This document shows, piece by piece, positions 1 through 9,465 of a DNA stretch of 64,000 nucleotides (within the stretch, counting starts at the first letter, position 1; every line of letters starts with the position of its first letter). The stretch is from assembly GCA_963715985.1 (NCBI GenBank), contig CAVQSP010000010.1:1-64000 (forward strand), read 5' to 3'. The notes below the pieces were generated by a model. That model searched no databases, was not told the DNA's origin, and saw only the letters and a list, made by a program, of their open reading frames with translations. The stretch is from an uncultured Thermoleophilia bacterium (lineage in GTDB: Bacteria; Actinomycetota; Thermoleophilia; UBA2241). The position numbers were made by a program, and so were the translations under genes.

Positions 1-538
1 TCACGCAGGGCGTCGAGGCTGCCGGCGATGCAGGCGCCGAGCTCGGCGCAGACACGCACCTCCCAGCCGCTGGTCGCCTCGGCGCCGACACCCTTGCTCG
101 TGTTGAGCAGCGCCGCCTCGCACCCGTGCACCGCCGCCGTGGCTGCCGGCACGTCGGTCGGCCGGACGGCGGCGGCGTACTCGTCGATGTTCGGCAGCGC
201 GTCCACGAGCCGCGCGGCGTCGCCGGCGTCCGCCTTGGCGGATCGCGGCGCTCGCCGCTGCGCGGGTCGACGTACATGACGCCCTCGTCGAAGTTGCTGA
301 ACGCACCGGCTCGTCCTCGTCGGTGGGCAGGCGGCGATCGCCGCCTCGACGACCTCGCCGGGGATCCGCACCATCCCGGTCTCGCGATCGATGCTCGCGC
401 CGCCGTCGGCGAAGATGTCGAGCGCCTCGTCGTCCTCGACGAAGACCCCGGTCTCTTCGAGCACCTGCAGGGTCTCTGCGTGGATGGCGTCGAGATCGCC
501 GGCGGAGAGGACTTCGAGCCGCAGTGCGCGGGGTCATG
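1..538 (-). CDS. mttB: Trimethylamine methyltransferase (MttB) family protein, N-terminal part; runs off the window and contains indels
   Basis: Manual translation across frames gives LRLEVLSAGDLDAIHAETLQVLEETGVFVEDDEALDIFADGGASIDRETGMVRIP...FSNFDEGVMYVDPRSGE...DAARLVDALPNIDEY, closely similar to the MttB at 14894-16363. Confidence 0.8.
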
Positions 539-1945
539 ACGACGCACCGACCCTGGTCGCCGCGCAGCGACCGCACCCGGCCGCGGAAGCGCTCGACGCA
601 GTTGATCGGCAGGTCGAGCAGCTCGGCGATGTTGAACTTGGCCTCCATCGCCGTCGGCTCGCCGACGCACTCGTTCTCGAGCTCGGTGAGGCGGCCGATG
701 CCGAACTCGCTGCGCACGTCCTGCATGACGACGCCGTCGGAGAGGTCGCGCACCGAGACGCCGAGCTTGTCGGCGACGTACGCCTTCGCTTCCTTGAGTC
801 GCATGCCACGGGTCATCTGCATCCGCATCACCAGGTCTCCGGCGGTGCGCATCCCGTTCATCCCCGAGGCAAGCATGTGCGCCATGTGCGCGCCCAAGGC
901 ATCGCCGGAGCCCATCTACAAGCCGTCGACGCGCAGGATCTCGATGAAGGCGCGCGAGACTCTCGAGCACGGCGTCGACCGGCGGGAAGGGGTGCATCGG
1001 CACGCCGCAGACTCCCATGCCGACGTTGGGATGCACGGGGATCTGGGCCACGTCCATGCAGGGCTTGATGATGGCGATCGCCCGCGCGACGTTCCAGGCC
1101 ACGCTGCGGCCGGTGTTCATGTTCACGGCCGGACCGAAGATCGTCGCGCCGGCCAGCTGCGCCAGGCGCATCTGCTCGACCGGCCACACGCCGGCCAGCC
1201 GGACGCCCTCCCACTCGAGCTCGCCGTGCATGCCGAGCACGAACTCCGAAGCCATGCCCAGCTCGATGCTCAGGTCGGGGCAGGCGTCGCGCAGTCGGCG
1301 CACCGCCTTGAGCACGGCGAGGAAGTCGGCGTCGCCGGCGGCGCCGGTGGTGTCGAAGTTCATGCCGTCGGCGCCGGCCTCCCACATCGCCTCGCCGATG
1401 CGGACCATGTCCTCCTCGGACTCGGCCGCCGCCTCCTCCTGGGCGGCGCGGGCCTCGTCGATGCGGCCCTCGGGGAGGAGCTGCGACCAGTTGGGGCACG
1501 GCCCGTCGGGCTTCGAGTAGCGACCGAGATCGGCCTGGGCGCCGTACTGCACGGGGATCGTGAGGCGGTACTGCGCCTCCTGCATGAGGCGCTGCTCGCT
1601 GGGGACGACCGTCTTGACGGCCTTGTAGGAGTAGTCCTGCTGCTGCAGTTCGCAGAGGTCGTTGCCCACGTCTTCGGCATCGGTCAGGCTGTCGAGCCTC
1701 GAGGCGCGCAGGACGTTGGATCCGTCGCAGGACAGGACGACCTCGTCGCCGGCCCTGACCCCGGTCATGCGCTCCTGCGAGGCGAAGATGTCGAGCAGGT
1801 GGGCGGCCTCGTCGTCGTCGAGCGGCGGCACTTTGGCGCGCTTCACCGCCGCGGCGACGCCGTCCTCGATGTCGGCGCGCAGCTCGTCGCGCGTCATCTC
1901 CACCGCGGTGCCGTCGCCCATCCTCGTCATCAGCCTGGTACCCAT
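534..1945 (-). CDS. mtbB: Dimethylamine:corrinoid methyltransferase MtbB with in-frame TAG (pyrrolysine) at 916-918; +1 indel near 968; 3' end approximate
   Basis: ATG at 1945 after a GAGGAG RBS. Motifs TRMGDG, DYSYK, PDGP, NFDTTGAAGDADF, GMASEFVLGMHG, FGPAVN, and ...ILRVDGL-TAG-MGSGDALG..HMLASGMNGMRTAGDLVMRMQ, matching the MtbB Pyl site (GVDGI-O-IGVGD). Confidence 0.9.
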
Positions 1946-2135
1946 CAGGGTCCTCCTCTCGGCCGTCTCGGCCTCACTCGGCGCAGGGGCGCCGCGACCT
2001 GCGATGGGCTCCGGCCTTGTCAACAGGAGAATCACGCGACCTCGCACGCCCTCAGCCCTCAGCTCAGAGGGCCCGTGCGGCACGGCTCAAGGATGGTCTA
2101 CCGGGACAGGCCCCCGGACAGGCTCCTGCAGGGGC

Positions 2136-3983
2136 TCACTCCTCCATCGCCGGACCGCCGCGGCGGCGCCTCACGATGAGCCAAACGGCGATGCCGACGA
2201 CCACGACGATCGCGACGATGATGCCGACCCTTGGCGCGAGGTTGGACTCCTCCTCCTCGGCCACTTTGGGCGTCAGGTCGTCGTAGGCCCATGGCATCGA
2301 CGCGCTGCGGAAGGCGAACTGCGGCCCGTCCTTGCCCCCGTTGCCGGTCAGCTCCCAGCCGTCCCAGGTCGATGTGCGGTAGGCCTGCAGCTTGTACGGA
2401 TGGACGGTCACGATGCACGGGCAGTCACCGTACATGACCTGCTGCATCTGGTGGATGTACTGGGCGCGCTTGTCGGCGTCCATCTCCTTTGCCTGCAGCT
2501 TGTCGAGGCGACCGTACTCTTCGTTGACCCACGAGAACTCGTTCCAGCCCTCGATCTGCGCCGGCGAGAAGCACGTGAGCGTCTGGCCGGGGTCGAAGTA
2601 GCCGTCCCAGAGCCAGTAGTAAGCGTCGAAGTCGGGGTAGAACGTGTCGCCCTTGTACCCCCAGATGCTGTCGAAGTAGACCCCCTGATCCTGGACGGTG
2701 AAGGCCACATCGATGCCGACGGCCTCCCACCAGCCCGTGATCTGCTTGCAGGCCCGCGCCGCCTCCGGCGACCCCGACTCGGCCCACAGACGCAGCTTGA
2801 TCGGCTTGCCCTTGTACTCGCGCACGCCGTCGCCGTTCGTGTCGGGGTACCCGGCGTCGTCAAGGATCTGGTTGGCCATGTCCGGATCGTAGTTCCGGGC
2901 CTGACTCTCGTCGGGCGCCCACGCGTAGTCCGGTTCGCTCCAGCCGCCGGGCGGCAGGAACGTGTAGCCGGGTATCGCGCGACCGCCGTAGGCGTTCTCG
3001 ACGATTCTCGCGCGGTCGATTGCGTACTCGAGGGCGCTGCGGAACTGCGGGTCACGCAGGGCCGGGTGCCCGCCGGACTCGCCCTCGTAGCAGTTGAACC
3101 CGACGTAGTCCCAGTTCCAGAAGAGGTACTCGCGCGTGTCGACGCCCTCGGTGCCTTTGACCTTGTCGAACTGCGCGGGAGGGAACATGTAGATGGCGTC
3201 GAGGTTGCCGGCCAGGAAGTCCTGGACCATCGTGTCGCCGTTCTGGTAGACGACGAACAAGACCTCGTCCGGCTTGGGCGCGCCGAAGAGGAAGTCCGGG
3301 TTGGCCGCCATGCGCAGGTAGTCATCCCGCTTCCACTCGACGACCTGCCACGGCCCGTTCCCGATGCATGGCGGGTCGTTCTTGAACGTGACTGTCGCCT
3401 CCTTGACGCCCATCTCTCCGAAGACGTGCTCGGGCAGGCACACCATCCACACGGTCAGCATGTTGGCGACCGGTTGCTTGCAGAAGACCCTGTAGGTGTA
3501 CTTGTCGACCACCTCCGCGCGATCGACGCCTGTGAGGAAGGTGATGAAGTTGGCGATCCGATTCTCGATGATGAAGTTGTAGGTGAAGGCGGCATCGTCG
3601 GCGGTGACCTCCTCGCCGTCGTGCCAGGTCAGGCCCTCGTTCATGTGGAACGTCCAGACGAGCCCGTCGTCCGAGACCTCCCAGCTCTTGGCGATGCCGG
3701 TGTCGGTCGGCTTCAAGGTGTTCCAGTCGCGGCCGACCATGAGCAGGTACTCGTTGACGTAGACCTCGTAGGCGTTCTCGGTCCAGCCGATGAGCGGGTT
3801 CAGGCTGTCGATCTCCTCCATCCAGCCGATCTTGACGACGACCTTGCCTTCGCCGACTGGCGTCGCCGTCTCGTCCTGGCCGAGCGCCGCGCTCGCGCCG
3901 AGCGCAGCGGCGAGACAGACGGTCGCCAGCGCGCACGCCAGCGTAGTCGACCACGTCCTGCGTGTGGTGCTGGTGATCCTCAT
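2136..3983 (-). CDS. ABC solute-binding protein, family 5 (OppA/DppA-like), with C-terminal TM anchor
   Basis: Signal peptide, AKSWEVSDDGLVWTF, WHDGEEVTADD, GNGPW; C-terminal hydrophobic helix followed by RRRR. Confidence 0.9.
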   Translation of the reverse strand: MRITSTTRRTWSTTLACALATVCLAAALGASAALGQDETATPVGEGKVVVKIGWMEEIDSLNPLIGWTENAYEVYVNEYLLMVGRDWNTLKPTDTGIAKSWEVSDDGLVWTFHMNEGLTWHDGEEVTADDAAFTYNFIIENRIANFITFLTGVDRAEVVDKYTYRVFCKQPVANMLTVWMVCLPEHVFGEMGVKEATVTFKNDPPCIGNGPWQVVEWKRDDYLRMAANPDFLFGAPKPDEVLFVVYQNGDTMVQDFLAGNLDAIYMFPPAQFDKVKGTEGVDTREYLFWNWDYVGFNCYEGESGGHPALRDPQFRSALEYAIDRARIVENAYGGRAIPGYTFLPPGGWSEPDYAWAPDESQARNYDPDMANQILDDAGYPDTNGDGVREYKGKPIKLRLWAESGSPEAARACKQITGWWEAVGIDVAFTVQDQGVYFDSIWGYKGDTFYPDFDAYYWLWDGYFDPGQTLTCFSPAQIEGWNEFSWVNEEYGRLDKLQAKEMDADKRAQYIHQMQQVMYGDCPCIVTVHPYKLQAYRTSTWDGWELTGNGGKDGPQFAFRSASMPWAYDDLTPKVAEEEESNLAPRVGIIVAIVVVVGIAVWLIVRRRRGGPAMEE

Positions 3984-4071
3984 GCGATCCCCCCGCCGAT
4001 TCGAGAAGCATCAGAGAGCGACAGGCCTCGGACGAGGCCGCTGGCCGCTGGCCGCGCTTGGCCCGGCAGTT

Positions 4072-4111
4072 CCGCGACCATACGATGGGCTCCATCTTTG
4101 TCAACAGGAGA
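4072..4111 (-). promoter_or_regulatory. Sigma70-type promoter with palindromic operator, upstream of the SBP gene
   Basis: Minus strand TTGACA-16nt-TATGGT; the spacer holds the palindrome GATGG-GCT-CCATC; lies between divergent SBP and TetR genes. Confidence 0.65.
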
Positions 4112-4138
4112 CTCGCCCCGTCCGGGCAAGGAGCCGTC

Positions 4139-4777
4139 GTGCCGGAAGACGCTGCCAGAGACCCGCTCGAAGAGCTCCACCCCACCGCTAGGGCGATCCT
4201 CGTCGCCGCACGGACCGTGCTGCGCGAGCGCGGCATGGCGGGCCTCACCCTCGAAGCCGTGGCCAACGAGGCCAACACCAGCCGCACCCAGGTCCCTTAT
4301 CACTTCGGCAGCCGCGCCGGCCTCATCGAGGCTCTCTTCGACTGGCTGTTCCACGAGGTCTGGATGCGCTTCCTGCAACCACCCGGAGAAGCCCGACGGA
4401 TGACGATCCACGAGTCACTGGAGTGGAGCCGCCAGGAGATGACCGACCTGGCGGCGATACGCGACGCCTGGGAGCTGGTCGCGCACTCGCTGCGCGACGA
4501 GATGGCCCGCAGACGCCTGGTCCTGCTCTACGCGCGCGACCGCCGGCTCGAGGTCGAGACGATCGGCCTCGGCCTGGGCGCGCCGGAGGGCCCGCCTGAC
4601 CCTGAGGCCGAGCGCCGTCGCGACGCGATCGGCGCCGTGCTGCTGGCGATCGACGAGGGGCTCGGCCTGCAACGCGCGATCGACCCGGACTTCGACCTCG
4701 ACGCCGCGCTCGACGCGGCCGAGGAGATCCTGACGCGAGGGCTGCCCGGGCCACCCGGCGAGAACGACGACGAGTAG
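4139..4777 (+). CDS. TetR family transcriptional regulator
   Basis: AAGGAG RBS plus GTG; ILVAARTVLRERGMAGLTLEAVANEANTSRTQVPYHFGSR helix-turn-helix. Confidence 0.9.
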   Translation: MPEDAARDPLEELHPTARAILVAARTVLRERGMAGLTLEAVANEANTSRTQVPYHFGSRAGLIEALFDWLFHEVWMRFLQPPGEARRMTIHESLEWSRQEMTDLAAIRDAWELVAHSLRDEMARRRLVLLYARDRRLEVETIGLGLGAPEGPPDPEAERRRDAIGAVLLAIDEGLGLQRAIDPDFDLDAALDAAEEILTRGLPGPPGENDDE

Positions 4778-4830
4778 CGGCGGGGGTGCCTTCTCACCCC
4801 GCCCCACCACTCTGCACCTCGCCCCGAGGG

Positions 4831-6294
4831 TCAGTCCGTCTCGTCCCGCCGCCAAAGGGTCACGCCCTTGGGCATCGAGACGCTGAGGCAGCGCCGCAGC
4901 GCCCGCGACACCGGGTCGGGCCTGCGACCCTGGTCCTCCAGTACCTCGCAACGCTCGATGGCGCTGCGCACGGCGCGCGCGCCGGCCGAGCGGATGGGCT
5001 CCGGCGGCAGGTAGGTCGGCGGCTCGGAGACCAGCGGCGACTGCGCGTAATCGTCCTCGAGGCCGACTGCCAGCGACGCGAGCGTGCGGCCGATGAGGTT
5101 GGACGCCGAGACGCCGTTGCCCGAGTAGCCCAGACCGTAGTTGATGTTGCGGTACTTGCCGAGGGTGCCGACCCAAGGGATGCCGTGCTGGGTGCGCTCC
5201 AGAGGTCCGCCCCAGCGCCACTCGACCGCGAGATCGCGCGTCGCCGGCAGCATGGCGTGCATGTCTGCGACGATCTCCTCGATCTCCCGGGCGTCGTGGT
5301 AGTGGGCCGGGATGATGTGGCCGCCGAAGCCGAGGCGGCCGCCGCCGCGGCCGAAGACGACGCGGTCGTCGGCCGTGCGCTGTGCGTAGTGCACGGCGGT
5401 GCGTCCGTCCGAGAAGGGGCGGCCGCAGACCCATCCGAGGCGGTCCAGGGCGTCGGGCGAGCTCGCCGTGGCGACGACGTGCGATGGGATGATGAAGACG
5501 GTGCGGCGCAGCTCGGGGACGCGCGCGAGCCGGGCGCCGGAGGCGAGGACGACCTTGTCCGCGCTCACGCTCCCGGACGGCGTCTTGACGACGCCGGGCA
5601 ACGTGCGCTGCAGGCCGACCATCGGCGTGGCCTCGTAGATGCGCACGCCGGCCGCGACCGCCAGCCGGCGCAGGCCCTGGGCGAGCAGCGCCGGCTGGAC
5701 GCTGCCTGCCTGCAGGATCAGAACCCCGGCCTCGGCTGCCGGCGACCCCGACAGGGCGACGGCCTCGTCCTTGCCTAGGATGCGGAAGAGATCGTCACGG
5801 CCGAGCTCAGGCGCCAGGAGTGCGGGCTCGAGGACGCCGTCGACCTGGGCCGCGGACAGCGCCACGGTGAGGCCCCCCTCGAACGCGAGGTCGCAGTCGA
5901 TGGCGCCGTCGCTCACCGTGTCGCGGATGTCGTCGAGGCTGCGCCGCGAGGCGTCGAGCAGCCACAGCGCGGGGTCCCGGCCGAAGCGGGAGACGAGCTT
6001 GGGCAGGATGTCGTCCCAGCCGTTCACCCAGCCGCCGTTGCGCCCGCTGGCGCCGGCGCCGCAGTACTCCCGCTCGACGAGCACGACGTCCGTGCCGGGC
6101 GCGAGCCGCTTGATCGACAAGGCCGTCCACAGACCCGTGAACCCGCCGCCGACGATGCACACGTCGGCGCGCTCGGTGGTCGTCAGCGGCACGATGTCAC
6201 CAGTCTGCCAGCGCGGGTCGCCGCCCTGCCAGTAGACGGCCGCGCGCGCCGCGGCGCCGGGCCCTGCCTTCGCCTTGCGTCTGTGGTCCGCCAT
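4831..6294 (-). CDS. FAD-dependent oxidoreductase, DAO/PuuB-like amine oxidase
   Basis: DVCIVGGGFTGLWTA, GASGRNGG, GYSGNGV motifs. Confidence 0.85.
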   Translation of the reverse strand: MADHRRKAKAGPGAAARAAVYWQGGDPRWQTGDIVPLTTTERADVCIVGGGFTGLWTALSIKRLAPGTDVVLVEREYCGAGASGRNGGWVNGWDDILPKLVSRFGRDPALWLLDASRRSLDDIRDTVSDGAIDCDLAFEGGLTVALSAAQVDGVLEPALLAPELGRDDLFRILGKDEAVALSGSPAAEAGVLILQAGSVQPALLAQGLRRLAVAAGVRIYEATPMVGLQRTLPGVVKTPSGSVSADKVVLASGARLARVPELRRTVFIIPSHVVATASSPDALDRLGWVCGRPFSDGRTAVHYAQRTADDRVVFGRGGGRLGFGGHIIPAHYHDAREIEEIVADMHAMLPATRDLAVEWRWGGPLERTQHGIPWVGTLGKYRNINYGLGYSGNGVSASNLIGRTLASLAVGLEDDYAQSPLVSEPPTYLPPEPIRSAGARAVRSAIERCEVLEDQGRRPDPVSRALRRCLSVSMPKGVTLWRRDETD

Positions 6295-6397
6295 CGTCCC
6301 TCGCTCCTCCATCCTTCTCACCGGCGCTCGCGCCGGCGTCTCGTAAAGGCAACGCGACCCGTCGACCGGTCACGTCACGCGTGCGCCTTGAGCCGAC

Positions 6398-7810
6398 TCA
6401 CGTCCCCGGCCGCTGCGCCTCCACCTCGGCGAGGATGTTGTCCAGGCCGAACTTCGCCGCGTCGCTCAGCTCGAAGGCGCGCGGCTCGGCGCGCAGCGCC
6501 GCGACCCGCGCCCTGAGACGGTCGAGCAAGGTCCGTGACCCAGCGGCCTGCCAGGCGTCGTGACGCGTCGTCTCGAGCAGGTCACTCTGCCAAATCTGGC
6601 GGAAGTGCTTGCGCGTGTAGGGCCGGGCCAGGTGGCTGCCGCCCGGCCCGACGGCCTTGATCTCCTCCAGCGCCAGGGCCTCGTCGTCCACGCGCAGCTC
6701 GCTCATGAACGCCTTGGAGAAGCCGATGAGCTCGTCGCCGAGCAGGATGGACTCGTAGCTCGCCTGCAGGCCGGCCTCCAGGTAGCCGACGTCGTGGAGC
6801 AGGGTCGCCCGTGAGAGCATCCCCGTGATGGTCGTCAAGGCGCTCTCCACGCCCCACTGCTCGTCCAGCGTCTTGCTGTCGGTGTGGCCGGCGTAGCTGA
6901 AGCTCGGGAGGTCGTACCAGCGCGCCAGGTCGGTCTGCGCCTGGTAGCCCTGCAGGCAGCCGGCCGACGAGTAGACCTCGTTCATCGTGCGCATGTTCAT
7001 GGCGCCCACCCCGACTCCCCACACGAATGGAGCTCCCGGCTTCACGGCCTGGTGCAGCACGAGTCCGGCGAGCGTCTCGGCATTGGAGACGACGATGACG
7101 GAGGAGATGCTGGCCGGCGCCGTGGTGCCGGCGTTCGGCGCCGGCGCCCAGATGAGCGGCACGTCGAGCTCGGCGCAGGCGATCACCTTGCTGGCGCCGT
7201 CCTCGTCGAACATGAGGGGCGGCACCGGCATGGCGTAGATGCCGAAGCTGTCCGTCTCGCCGGCGAAGGCCGCCATCTCCTTCATGCGCCCGAGGATGTG
7301 GCCGTCGCGCGGAGCGACCAGCAACGGCTTGCGCGTGCCGCGCATCATGGCGTCCACCTGCACGAGGTCGTCGATGGCCTGAGGCGCGTCCTCCGGCAGG
7401 CCCATGCTCATCACGAAGTCGATGTTGGGCAGCTTCTCGCAGAGCGCGGCCATGCCCTCCACGTCGGCCCTGCGCACGCGGCGGCGCTCGCGCGTGTCGG
7501 GGTCGCAGACGTAGAGCACGTCGCTGCCGGTGCCGCAGTAGCTGTGATGGGCGTCGAGCACCATGGGCTCCGTGTCGCCGCCGCGCGGCTTGATCGTCCA
7601 GTCGCGCGGGGCGCTCTTGACGGCCGCCTCGACCAGCTCGGCGGGGATGCGCACGCGGGTCCCCTCGACCCTGGCGCCGGCGCCGGCGAAGACCTCCACC
7701 GCCGGCGCGTACTTGACCTCGATGCCCGTCTCCGCAAGCACCTCCAGGGTCGCTTCGTGCACGCGCGCGCATACCGCGTCGTCCCAGATCGTCAGGCGAG
7801 CTTCGTTCAT
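6398..7810 (-). CDS. MttB-family methyltransferase, non-pyrrolysine (His at the Pyl position)
   Basis: VHEATLEVLAETG, GTTAPAS, YDLPSFSYAG-H-TDSK, HDVGYLE, IKAVGPGG. Confidence 0.88.
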   Translation of the reverse strand: MNEARLTIWDDAVCARVHEATLEVLAETGIEVKYAPAVEVFAGAGARVEGTRVRIPAELVEAAVKSAPRDWTIKPRGGDTEPMVLDAHHSYCGTGSDVLYVCDPDTRERRRVRRADVEGMAALCEKLPNIDFVMSMGLPEDAPQAIDDLVQVDAMMRGTRKPLLVAPRDGHILGRMKEMAAFAGETDSFGIYAMPVPPLMFDEDGASKVIACAELDVPLIWAPAPNAGTTAPASISSVIVVSNAETLAGLVLHQAVKPGAPFVWGVGVGAMNMRTMNEVYSSAGCLQGYQAQTDLARWYDLPSFSYAGHTDSKTLDEQWGVESALTTITGMLSRATLLHDVGYLEAGLQASYESILLGDELIGFSKAFMSELRVDDEALALEEIKAVGPGGSHLARPYTRKHFRQIWQSDLLETTRHDAWQAAGSRTLLDRLRARVAALRAEPRAFELSDAAKFGLDNILAEVEAQRPGT

Positions 7811-8073
7811 GCCGCCACCTCCTTCGCCTCCGCCCGCAGGGCGGGGACCGATGTGTGCTGTGTGCTCCTGCGACCAGACCGGAAGCGGGTGTCACGTCGG
7901 GTCGCCGGGAGTAGACCGCACCGCAGGCACACGCGAGGTGCGGGGCGGGGCGGATGGAGCCGGCCGCCACTCTACCATCGCCGTTCGACGGGGGGCCAGC
8001 GACCGGCTGCCGAGTTGGAAGGGCATGGCTCTGCCGCTGGACAACGGCGGGCGGCGGCGGCCATGCTTCGCGC

Positions 8074-9288
8074 GTGACGAACGTCCAGCAGATCTACGAC
8101 GACGGCCTCTGCATGCAGTGCGGCACGTGCGCGGCGCTTTGCCCCGCCAGGGCGATCGACCTGGCGTGGGACGTGCGCATCGGCTACCGCCTGACCGTGG
8201 ACGAGCGCAAGTGCACCGATTGCGGGACCTGCCGCGAAGTCTGCCCCGGCCCCGGCCTCGACTTCACCGCCGGGGCCTGGTGGCGGGCGCGCAACGAGGG
8301 CGCCCCGAGCCGCGACTATCTGGGGCCGTGGCGCCGGCTGTGGTTCGGGTGGGCCGCCGATCCGGTCGTGCGGCACGCGGGCGCCTCGGGCGGCGTCGCC
8401 ACCGCGCTTCTGACGGGGGTGCTCGAAGAAGGCCTCGTCGACACGGTCATCGCGGCAGGCACCGACCCGGCCAATCCCATGGAGGCCGTGGGCGTCGTGT
8501 GCCGCACCGCCGCCGAGGTCGCCGCCTGCCGGGGATCCAAGTACAACGTGGTGGCGCTGAACACGCAGCTGCGGCGCGTGCTCGACGAGCCAGGCCGCTA
8601 CGCCGTGGTCGGCCTGCCCTGCCACGTGCAGGGGCTGCGGCTCGCGCAGCGCCGCTCTCCGCGGCTGCGCGAACGCGTCGTCCTCAGCCTCGGCATCTTC
8701 TGCGGGCTCACCAACGAGCCGCGCGCAACCGAGATCTGCGCGCGGCGGGCCGGACTCGATCCGGCCACCCTCAAGAGCGTCTCCTACCGCGGCCCGGGCT
8801 GGCCCGGCGGCCTGCGCCTCGAGACCCGCGACGGGCGCGTGCGCCGACGCGACTTCCCCGACTACTTCGATCGCTACTTCTGGGCGTACATGCCGCCGCG
8901 CTGCCGCTTCTGCCCGGACTCGCTGGCCGAGCTCGCCGACATCTCCGTCGGCGACGCCTGGCTCGAGCGGTTCGAGGGGTCGGACGGCGTGAACGACGTC
9001 GTCGTGCGCACGCCGGCCGGCGAGTCCTTCATGGCAGAGCTCGCGGATCGTCTCGCACTGATCGAGGCGACACCCGACGACGTGGTCTTCTCCCAGCGCG
9101 AGACGTACCACCTCGAGCGCGAGGTGGGGCTGGGGCGCCTCTGGCTCCGCTCCCTCGCCGGCAAGCCGCTGCCGCGCTACCCCGGCTTGCCGACCAGCGT
9201 CACGCCACGGCAGCGGTTCCTGGGCCTGAAGGACGCCGCCCAGGAGCGTCTCCACCGCCTTCTCGCCGACAGGCGCTGGCCGCTCTGA
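8074..9288 (+). CDS. Coenzyme F420 hydrogenase/dehydrogenase beta-subunit (FrhB)-family Fe-S protein
   Basis: Two CxxCxxCxxxCP motifs, GASGGVAT, GSKY, VVGLPC, YRGPGWPG, RCRFC, ADISVGDAW. Confidence 0.85.
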   Translation: MTNVQQIYDDGLCMQCGTCAALCPARAIDLAWDVRIGYRLTVDERKCTDCGTCREVCPGPGLDFTAGAWWRARNEGAPSRDYLGPWRRLWFGWAADPVVRHAGASGGVATALLTGVLEEGLVDTVIAAGTDPANPMEAVGVVCRTAAEVAACRGSKYNVVALNTQLRRVLDEPGRYAVVGLPCHVQGLRLAQRRSPRLRERVVLSLGIFCGLTNEPRATEICARRAGLDPATLKSVSYRGPGWPGGLRLETRDGRVRRRDFPDYFDRYFWAYMPPRCRFCPDSLAELADISVGDAWLERFEGSDGVNDVVVRTPAGESFMAELADRLALIEATPDDVVFSQRETYHLEREVGLGRLWLRSLAGKPLPRYPGLPTSVTPRQRFLGLKDAAQERLHRLLADRRWPL

Positions 9289-9323
9289 CCCGCAGCCGCT
9301 CGCGCCTCGCCCGGCGTCCGGCG

Positions 9324-9375
9324 GTCACTCGTCGATCGCCCGGGCCCGCCCCCTGCGGCGCAGGAGGAGCGCCGC
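9324..9375. repeat. 52-bp direct repeat, copy 1 (duplicate of the SBP gene 3' end)
   Basis: Identical to 10917-10968. Confidence 0.95.
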
Positions 9376-9426
9376 GACCGCCCACGAGCCCGCACCAAGT
9401 CCCCGCCTCTTCGTCAAGAACCGAGT

Positions 9427-9459
9427 AACTTGTATGCCATACAACTTGTATGGCATACT
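9427..9459 (+). promoter_or_regulatory. AT-rich palindromic operator/promoter of the ATPase gene
   Basis: GTATGCCATACAA-C-TTGTATGGCATAC perfect inverted repeat (9432-9458), overlapping TTGTAT...CATACT just upstream of ATG 9466. Confidence 0.7.
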
Positions 9460-9465
9460 CCTTCT

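Noticed and set aside
904-2015. 13-nt inverted repeat pairing the mtbB upstream region (2003-2015) with the UAG junction (904-916)
   Set aside because: The same 13-mer GATGGGCTCCGGC also occurs at 4993-5005 in an unrelated gene, so chance in high-GC DNA is sufficient.
323-4403. Long antisense ORFs (e.g. 323-2179, 1662-4403, 11254-13281, 20969-23443, 45217-48000)
   Set aside because: Shadow ORFs opposite real genes, typical of high-GC codon usage, with no motifs.
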